IMG/VR virus record: IMGVR_UViG_3300046009_005838
Origin: an uncultured virus (IMG/VR IMGVR_UViG_3300046009_005838)
Lineage: Duplodnaviria; Heunggongvirae; Uroviricota; Caudoviricetes
Strand: one strand, 5' to 3'
Length of the DNA stretch: 64,000 nt
In this document: positions 28,523 through 38,300 of the stretch, one piece after another
How positions within the stretch are numbered: position 1 is the stretch's first letter
How the letters are laid out: every line of letters starts with the position of its first letter
Notes under the pieces: model-generated
Database searches by the model: none
What the model saw: only the letters and a program-made list of their open reading frames with translations
Told to the model about the DNA's origin: nothing
Position numbers and translations under genes: made by a program

Positions 28523-29167
28523 TTAGTGCCCCGAGCAGCCACAGCCACAAGCGGAACAAAGTTGATTTAATCGAACAATACTTTCTCTTGCGGTCGTTAA
28601 ATCTGCAACTGCATTGGCTGCATTTAGCCCGTTTATTGCATCCTGAATCTTCATTGGTTCTTGCCTTTGGCATTCTCCTATTGCGTATTTATACCATGCC
28701 TTCTGCAAACAGCAGCAAGCATTGGCAGACATAAGCCAAGTTTCCGTACTTGTATAATCCGTACTGCCAACTGAAATCTGATATTGTATAGTAACATACT
28801 GATCAGAAAAACTTGTCGCACCCGAAACGAAAAGACTTGCAGGCAAGTTGATCGGCTGAACTTGAGTGAACGGAAACAAGTTAATATTGTATTCCGCCAA
28901 GTCAATTGCCGTCACGTTCCCAAGATTATCCGTAAACGTCCCCGAAGTAACAACGCCATTTACCACAACCAAATTCAAGATCATTGGGTTAGCAATGTCA
29001 TCGAACGTGAAAGTGAACTGAGCAGCCGTAACAGCAGTTGACAATGGATTGGGTGCACCGTATCCCGTCAGGTTGGTCTGAGCATTATAAATGCCAGTCG
29101 CATCCCATATCGAGATAGAAGCCGAACTTGCAGCCTCAGAAAATCCTTGTTGAAGCAGTAAACTCAT
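28523..29167 (-). CDS. putative tail hub/adaptor protein with Cys-rich C-terminus
   Basis: 'DATGIYNAQTNLTGYGAPNP' N-terminus; 'ACCCL...CSACGCGC' C-terminus. Confidence 0.55.
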   Translation of the reverse strand: MSLLLQQGFSEAASSASISIWDATGIYNAQTNLTGYGAPNPLSTAVTAAQFTFTFDDIANPMILNLVVVNGVVTSGTFTDNLGNVTAIDLAEYNINLFPFTQVQPINLPASLFVSGATSFSDQYVTIQYQISVGSTDYTSTETWLMSANACCCLQKAWYKYAIGECQRQEPMKIQDAINGLNAANAVADLTTARESIVRLNQLCSACGCGCSGH

Positions 29168-29293
29168 TTATTTGCAAGAAGATTTTTTCATGCCAGACTT
29201 AGAAGGCATCATTTTCTTTGCAGAAGAAACTTTGCTCATAACCTTCGCTTTCGCAGAAGATTTTGCCGACTTGTATGAATCAGGTGATTTCAT
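29168..29293 (-). CDS. 41-aa Lys/Ser-rich basic peptide (not in ORF track)
   Basis: MKSPDSYKSAKSSAKAKVMSKVSSAKKMMPSKSGMKKSSCK; own promoter upstream; abuts the next gene. Confidence 0.6.
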   Translation of the reverse strand: MKSPDSYKSAKSSAKAKVMSKVSSAKKMMPSKSGMKKSSCK

Positions 29294-29314
29294 GGTTTCA
29301 GTTTTTTGTTGGTT

Positions 29315-29322
29315 CAAATGTA
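29315..29322 (-). promoter_or_regulatory. -7 promoter element TACATTTG
   Basis: CAAATGTA on + strand in the intergenic gap. Confidence 0.6.
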
Positions 29323-29327
29323 AAAAA

Positions 29328-32300
29328 TTATTCTTTGCCAAGGGCTTTTAATCTTTCAAATTCTTTCCAAAATTCAGACGACTTGTCCTTTGGAACATTT
29401 GGATTGCTTTTCGCTTGGAATAACAAGACTTCTCTTGCATCTTTATCTTTTGCTTTGAGGTAAGCATAAAACAATATCTTTGCTTTCACTTTTGGATAAT
29501 CAGTTTGTCCCATTCGGTAGAAAACATTGTCAACGTCCTTGAACTGAATCGAGTTTTCGAACCTAGTCTTCAATCGCTTGGTGTTAACAGAATCCTTTGG
29601 TTGAGTGTTAAACCATTCTGTGAACTCAGACCTCGCATCTACTTCGCTCATTTCATTGTTAATGTACTTATTGACGTAGTTCTTAACTGTATCATTTTGC
29701 AGTTTCACTTTGGTTGCTTCACTTGCCTCAAGTTCACGGATTGACTTTGCCTTTGAATCAGGGTTGGTATAAGCCAAGAATTTTCTTTGTGCCGGAGTAA
29801 GCAATTGTTCCATAGACTCAATAGCCATATCGTTAATCGACTTTTGCTCGTCCTCTGGAACCGACTTGATAAGTTTATCATAACCCTCAGTCACGGCAAC
29901 CCAAATCATATTGTTATCAGGATCAGCAGTCATCTTGCCAACCGCAGCTTTCAGTCGAATAGGAGAAAGTCCAAATTGCTTTCCAATATCCCTCCAAAGC
30001 CAAGGCGTTTTGTTTTCATAGTATTCCGCCCACGCTTCACCTTTGTAATCTTTGTCATAAACATATTTCTCTCTGAAACGGTCATAGCCAGTTTCGTATG
30101 TATTCAATGCGTCAATCAAAGGAATATTCCGAGGATCATAAGGAGGCATCAAGGTCTGCAATGTACTTGCTCCTTTTCTTGGACGGAACTCTTTTGCTTG
30201 CATTGACTCTCCCATGATCTCTCCCATTGCAAAAATCCACTGAGAAGATTGGTTCTTTGGAATCCGAAGGTAAGCTCTGCGTTTTTTGCCATCAACAGTC
30301 TTGACAAAATCAAGCATAATGATAAAGTTACGGTTCTTTTCTTCATCCTCAAGATCATCGTAGTCATCTTTGAATCTCATATTGTATGCAGCAAGAGCAG
30401 CAGAAATAGCAAGTGCTTGTGCGACTTTGTATGAGAACACCTTTGGATTTTCACGAGCATATCTAACAGAAACTCTCAAGCCTTGCAATGATGCATTTAG
30501 GTAGGGTATCAAGTTATCCATTGCCTTTGCCCAACGTCCGCCTTGAGAAAAGTCCATTTGGCTTCTTGATACATCGGTTGCGCTAGATTCAATAGATTCT
30601 TTTTCAGAAGTGTTTGGCATACGCCCGTTATCCCTTGCAAACTTTGCCGTCAGCTTCTTTGCTTCGCGCTCACGAATAGCAAGTCGAACCCAAATCTCCG
30701 ATGAATTGTTAATGTACCCAAGAACTTTGCCGACTGCATCCATTGCTTCTTTAGCAGAAGATTGAAGAAGTGCTTGTTGCTCAAAAGGAAGCCCTTGCGT
30801 TGAAAGAAAATCCATTCCTCCACCTTGCATTATGTACTTGTAATAGCGACCATTCTTATCCTTGGTTCTATTAAACTTCCATGCATCCTTTGCCGTTCTC
30901 GCTAAGTCGGTTGATATCTGAGCAAGTGCAACAGGGAAGTTTGGGCTGTAAGCATTGGTAAAGAAAAGCGAGTGGGCAATGTCCCTTGGAAAGTTTGATA
31001 GGGCAAACAAAGGATTTATTCCAGTTGCAAACAATCTTTTCATGACACCACCAGATACGATTCTAATAGCATTTGCATACTGAGGTGCCAATAATGGGTT
31101 ATTGTTATTCCAAGACTCTCCGAACTCCCTTGTAACCAACATTGACTTCCTTACTCCGTTTTCAAAGAATTGAACCTGTCTTTGATCGCTACGTGGATCT
31201 TTGTACGTTGGTTGGCCTGTTTCTTTATTGAATCCGTTTGGATTTTGAATTTCAATGAAGCCATTGTTAGGATCTGCTTTTGCAATTTCGTACAGGCTTC
31301 GGTTCGCTCTGTTGTGAAAGATCGAACGTGAAGTTGCCAAGACGTTTGAAGCAAGCAACCATTCAGCATTGTGGAACAATGAGTTTACATCACCATCCGA
31401 AAGAGATTTAATATCGCTTCTGCCAACACTTCCTTGTCCACCACTTGTTAGTCCGCTTCCAGATTCAACGTCATCAAGTAAATAATCCAAGAATACACGC
31501 TTAGAATAATCGTTGTTAACCATTCCTTGATATTGCTCAACTGATATTCTTCCCTCTTTCAATCTTTCATCAAGCAATTCTCTTTGGGCTTCAAAATATT
31601 TATTTGAACGATCTATAAGTTTGTTAAAAAGTTTTGGTTGCGACTTTTCGATTTGTCCAAGGAAAATGGCTTGAGATTCTTTGTTGGTATCTCCAGGATG
31701 CTTAATCCTTGGCTTCCCTTTGGCATCATATCTATTGTCAATTGAGATAACTGTTCTTGCTTGAATGATGTCATTCAAAAGTTTCTTCTCAGCGCTAGTC
31801 AATCCTCCAAAGATTTCTCTTTTGAATGTTTCAAATTGAGTCTTGGCCTTTGAACTTGCGCCACCAAGTAGGTTCTTGAACTTTATTGCTTCAAAGCCGC
31901 CAACATCAGAAAGCAATTTCTTTGCAACGTAATTTGCATCGAACCAACCAGCGTTAACGCCTTCGATAAACCTTTTCAAGAAAGGCTTCTTCAACTTCTT
32001 GGCATCCTCACGTTGCTTTGCATAAGACTCTGCCACACGCTGATATTCCGCGTTGAGCATATCTTGCTCTGAATTGATAATCATTGGATCTCCGTTGAGA
32101 TCATTCATCGCATCGTTGAACGCTCTTTCGGTAAACTTGTCGAGACGTTTGCCAAGTGTCTTAGCAAAGTCAGCCGCAGTATTTATTCCCGAACGGATTG
32201 CTGTCTTTGCTAAATTAACAAGGGCAACGTGGAAGTTATAAAGTTTTCTTGCTTCAACCTTTGGATCATAGATAATTCCCATGTTCTGGTTGAACAAGTC

Positions 32301-35300
32301 GCCAAACTTATCCTTGACATCTTGAATCGCCTTCTGCAAGTCCGTTTGAATTTCCTCGCTCTTTGCCGCCATTTCCTCATCGGTTGGCATAGCAAAGCCG
32401 TCTTCTTCTATTTCATCGCGCTGCCCTTCGGTTGGGAATTCTTCTGCGCCTTCCTGATCTTGTTCATTTTCTGCGAAAAGTTCCGATTGGTTTTCAAAAT
32501 CTGATCCTTCAAAGAAGAACTCGTCTTCGACTGGTCTTGTTTGTTCATCTATAATCTCTTGTTTTTGCTGCGGCGACAAATCCTCCCACGCAACTTTGGA
32601 GGCAAATCCGAATGCTTGGTTGTCAGCATATCGGTTAAACATTTCATTGAACTCATAAGCAGTCACAGGATTAAGTGGCTTGCCTGTAATATCTCTGAAC
32701 TTCTGACTTGCAAGTGGAAGTAATCCGCCTTCTTTTGTTGGCTTGATAGATTGTGGTCCGTCAGGATATGCCTGCACTAAATCTGAAATTTCTTTTAAAA
32801 TTTCAGAAGAGTCTTTCCCTCTTAATGTTGCGGCAAAATCACTTTCGGCAAACTTATTTTCTGTTTCAATCCATGATAATATTCTTGTGTCAATTGAATC
32901 TCCTTTGTAGTTAGGATCAATCCACTTTGAATTTTTATTTAACCAATTTTTATCGAAATATTTTATAAAATCTTCTTCGGAAACTTGACCAACTAATTGA
33001 GCAAGTTCATACGTAGGATCGTATTTGGTATCAACAAGATCCGCATCATGATTAACAAAGTTCTGGTAGTTCGCTGCAATCTCAAAAGCATTATCACTTT
33101 CTGCAACGGCTTCCAAAACAGCTCTATTAAAGCCATCCTCATTCATTCCGTAGTAGTCAAGGAGAGAGTCAATATCAATAGGCTTGTCTTTTCCAAGAAA
33201 CTTCTGAATGTTTCCTTCGTAGTAAGCCTCTTTTGCCTTCGCGCCTTCCTTAGAATTAGAACGGATTTGATCTCCCGTTTTGGCATCGTAAAATTCAACG
33301 ACTCTGTTTCCGTTAGCATCAGTTGTTTCCTGAACTGCATAGTTAGCATCAGACCAAACAACACGCTTTGGATTCATTACCTTATTCACCTTGTCAACGG
33401 TCATCACTTGCCCGTCAGCATTGGTAGCAACCAATCTTAATCCCGACTTAATTGCCTTCGTTTCCAAAGTAAGTCCAACGGATTTAGCTTCCGCTTTCAA
33501 CCTTTCGGCTTCTTTCCTTGCGCTGTCTGATCTCTTCTCTTTTCTGCCCAACTTATTCCAATCGGAAACATCGGAAAGTAATTCGCGTGTTGCTACGCGT
33601 GTTTGTTGCTCAGGCGTTAGTTGTATTGTGCCTGACTCTTTATCTAATGCTTGCGTTTGGTCTTTACCCAATATTTCATCAAACATCTTCCTCAATTCAG
33701 GCGTAAGTTGTGTGCCGGAAATTGATTGATAAACAGCTTTGAAGGCTTTTGTTATTTGCTCTAAGACTTCTTGGAATGCTTTACTAAATCCTTTGCCTCC
33801 TTCTGTATGGTATTTCTCCCAGCTTTCTGCAATGAATTCTTGAACTGATCTGTATTGCTTGCTTGTTATTCCATTCTTAAATACCTCGTTATCAGCAATC
33901 AATTGGTCAACCGTAACCTTGCTGCCTGGATTGGCTTTATTGTATTCGTCAACAATAGTCTGAGTATGCTTTGCGCCTATTTCGTTTCCTTGTGCTGCTC
34001 CATCAATAATAGCAACTACAGTCGGGTGCATTATCTCGTGCGTAATAGCAACAACCGCCCTTGGGCTTCCATTGAAATCACTTATTGCCTCTACAAGGTT
34101 TTTGCCGTTTTCAATTCGGTATTGAGCATCTGATCCTTTAAATAGTGGCTGTCCTCCTTCTACGCTTGCCTTTAGTTCAGGGGTTACGTCGATGGAATAT
34201 TGCGTGGAATTTTCCTGATATTCTCCATTTTTATAATTGGTCATATCAGACTCGCCACCTTTTGTAGCTGTTTTTATCTCAATCGTTGCTGGAACTTGCT
34301 TAAACAGACTCTTAGCAACATTTCCAACGATACCTAATCCGTAATTCTCTTTGAATTTATTTGCTTCATTTTCTTGCTTAAAGGTTCTGATGGTTTTGCC
34401 TTTCTCGTCTTTTACTGCAAATAATTCACCTTCTTTTTTAATGGTAAGATTATCCTTTTTGCTTCTTTCACTTGGTGAACCATACGAATCAATCATTCCC
34501 TTACCACCAACCTTTAATCCTTCGCCTTCAATACTCTGAAAAGAGTCTGTTGATGTTTCAATTATTTTTTGTGCAATCTCTTTCCCTACCGTTGCCTCTA
34601 GTTCTCTTTCTTCTACATTACCCGTTTGCCCATCTCCGTTTGTAAATTCTATTTCAATTCTGTACAATCCATTGCTATTTTTCTTGTACTGTATCTCTTC
34701 AACTGATTTACTCAAATCATACCTTTCATTCTGCTGTTCTCCGGTTGTCCAAGCTATCTTATCAGCACCTTGAGCAACGGCTTCTTTTAGAGCAAACTTT
34801 AAGCCTAGCTTAGTCCATGCGTTAGTGTCCATTACAAATGGAGCAGCTGGGGTTTTAGACGCAAAATATTGTTGTTGCGTAGAATACTTGTCAAGGCCGA
34901 GTTCAGCATTTAATTCAATTATCCTTTTCTCGGCTGTATTTTGCCCATCTCTTACTTTAATTCTTAATGATTTTAATTCGTTATATGTCTCGTCTGTTAA
35001 ATATGCTGGAGAAGCTAAAGATTCTAATTCATTTAATCTTTCTTTTTCCTCTTTTGATAGAGAAGTGCTTGTGCTTCTCCAATCGTCAATTATTTTGTTT
35101 CTTTCATTATATAACCTTTCTTTTGCTTCATCAGCAAATCCTTTCTTCTTCCCTTCCTGTCCCCAGTCGCTTTGAACCTCTTCTAAGAAAAGCACCTTAT
35201 TCCCATCTACATCAGTACGAGTGTTCATTCGAAGGTGTACGAGAATATTAGGCACATCAAAGTGCGTAGAACGATACTCGTTTCTACGCTTCATTCCGCC

Positions 35301-38300
35301 TTTGTTTTTTATACCTTCTTCTATTGCTTTTTCAGCAAATTCTTTACTTCTGTATTCTACAAAAGATGTTGAATTATCTGGATATTGAATAACCCAAGTG
35401 CCCTCTCCTGTATCAATAGCTTTTGCTTTTTCGGCTTGCGTTGGAAGGGTTACAAGAATTTCTTTATAATTAGACCTTTCGCCTTCTAATTGCAAAGATG
35501 TTATGGTGCTTCTCATAGAAGAAGCGGGTAAATTACCTTCATTTTCACTTCCAACCACTTCTACAATCTCAATCCTATTGTCTTTTAAGAAGTTATCTAT
35601 ATCAGACTTAGAAATAGGTTTAGAAGCATTTTCTTTTAAGAAAGCCTCTAATCCAGTAAATTGCATTTCCTCTTTGTTGGCCCCTCTTGAAAGCAATTGT
35701 GTTGCCCATTGGTTGCCACTCATTTTCTCCTGCTTAACTTGGCTTAATGCTTTTTCTGTATTTGAGTAAAAGCCATTAACTACCTCTGGAGATACGTTCC
35801 TTACTTGAACATCTTGTCCATTAATCTTTAATGAATAAGGCTTCTCTTCACCCTTTCCAATTCCAATCCATTCACCAACATTTTTAGCTGCAGTAAGTCC
35901 TGACTTTTTAAGATTGTCAAATACTTGTAAGATAACACTATTGACAGTCTCAACCATTTCAGGTGCTACCCCAAATGCCTCAATCTGCTGCTTTGTATCT
36001 GCGCTTACTTCTTGCTCCGTCCCGCCTTCTGCAACGCGATTGCCACCGCCTGCCTCTGCTTCTCCTTGGGCGACATTACCTTCTTGGTTGGCCCGATCTT
36101 CTTGTTGCCCTTGTTGCTGTCTAGTAGCTCCTTCACGTTGCTGCTGATTACTTTGTTGCTGGTTCCTGGTTTGAGTGGCATCTTGTTGTGGTGTTTGTTT
36201 TTTTAATTCATTTTCAACTACAATATCAAAAAAGTTTATTAACGCTTCATACCTTACTGCTTTATCATATTCTTCTTTAGTAACAGCATTTTTAAACTGT
36301 TCTCTTATAAAGGTAGCAGCTTCTACTGACCAATTAGGAAACATTTTTCCTAATGTATTTCCATCTTTAAACTTAATAGCCTTTAAATCCTTTTCTAAAG
36401 ATATAATTTCTTCTTTTAATCTTTTTTCTATTTCAGCTTTAGCTTCTGAAACAGGTGCAGTTTTCGTGGTTTGGGATTCTGTAGTAGGAGCTTGCTCAGT
36501 GGTGGTAGCTGCCTCACCCTTCCTTCTCACTTTCTCACGATCAAAGACAACAAGTTCGCCTTCCTGAGTATCTGTCTGCGGGAAATAAATGCTGTCATAT
36601 CCTTTCGCCTTCATTTCCTCGGTCACCATTGCGGCCACCTTCTCAATACCTGAGTCCGAAAGGTCATCAATAGTAAACTCTCCAGAAGGAATCTCAACCT
36701 CAGTAAAGTCGGTTTCATCCAACTCTCCCTTTCTACGGTTGATCATTTCGTTCCGGTAGTCAATAAGGTTGGTATCCTCGGTAACAAAAGGATTCTTAAT
36801 GTCAACTTCCATTGACTGCACCTCTGCATCAGGGAACTGTGCTGCGTAGCGATTCTCAGGCTCAGTGGAAACAAATGTTCCAACGGCTTGATTCGCTCCC
36901 ATTCCTGCGCCTTCGATTCGTGTTAGTGGCTTAGATTTGATCTCTGCTACTTGGGCTTCGATGGAAGGGGTTGGAGTTTTGGGTTGCGTCTGTGATTCTT
37001 TTGCCGCTATTTCTGCATCATATTTATCACTAAGTTTTTTAGCTTCTTCTAAAACCTTATTGTTTTCAGATTTTTTATTGTCTCTTTCAGCAATTAATTT
37101 ATCCATTGCTGCTTTTGGATAATTCTCTCTTATACCTTTATTTACTCTTTCGTCTAACTTCTTGTTTATATCATCAACTTGTTTTTCAAGAGCTTCTATA
37201 AAACTAGAATAAGCCTTTCCAAACTTTGAAACTTTCACTCCAGCTAAAACTTTGTTTAGTTCTAACAAATAATCAGAAGGATTCGCTACAAAATCAATCA
37301 GAAGATCAATATTTCCACTGTACTTTCCTCTTAAATAGCCCCAGACTTTTTTAAACGATCCTATATTCTGACCTTCAATTTCAGAATCAGTAGATTTACC
37401 TTGGTTCAATTCTTGAAGACCTTCTTCTGAAATATCTTCCCTTGTTCTTTGTGTCTCAGCTTTTTTGTCTGCTATTTCTTGGGAAGAAAGTTCGGCAGTT
37501 GGTTTTGGTTGGGCTGTTTCGGTTGGCTGTTGCTGTGTAGGCGTTAAAAGCTCTTCGACTGCTTGAACTAACTCAGGATTTGAGCCATCTGCTTTTGCTT
37601 TGAAGTAGGCTTCGGCTAATTGCTTCTCAGGATAATTTCTCGGCACAGATTCATTTCCTACTATATATTTATCGGGTACATATCCATCTGGAATCGTATC
37701 AATAATCTCGAAGAATCTATTTGCATCAAAAGTTCTATCTTGAATACCATCGTCAATCGCTTGAATAACGCTATCTACATTCGCTAATGGATTTGGTGTA
37801 GAGTTTAACTTGTCTATTAATCCACTATAATAGCTTGTAAGAAAGTCGTTTGAATCGTCTGGATTTTTTTCACTCCATTCCATTTGTTCTTTAAGTTTTA
37901 ACTCAAAGTATTTTTTGGGATCATTATTTAATAAATTCAAATTTTCCTTTTTAGAATTTAAGAATTTATCCTTTTTAGGAAACCATTCTTCTGTCAAGAA
38001 CCAATCTTTTACTTTACCTAAAGATCCCTTTTTCTTGCGTTGGGCAATGTAATCTTCTTCAAATTTTATATCTTCTTCCAAACTTTTTCTCTCACGGTCT
38101 ATTTCATATTTTATTGCATCTAAATTAACTTGAGAATTTGTTGTTGGTTGCTCTGTGACAGGGGATTCCTTGGCAGAAGCAAGTATAGCTTCAATCTTCT
38201 TATTGGTTTCTTCCAAGTCGCTTTGAACGGCTTGCTTTGTAGCATCGGAAACATTAGGATCGGCAATAACAGCCTCCATTGAAGTCGCTTGTTCAGACAA

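Noticed and set aside
28512..28673. Cys-rich N-terminal extension of the 27666-28673 ORF
   Set aside because: It overlaps the upstream gene in another frame; ATG 28511 is the more plausible start
20912..29167. Diversity-generating retroelement or shufflon acting on the tail fibres
   Set aside because: No reverse transcriptase, template/variable repeat pair or flanking inverted repeats were noticed
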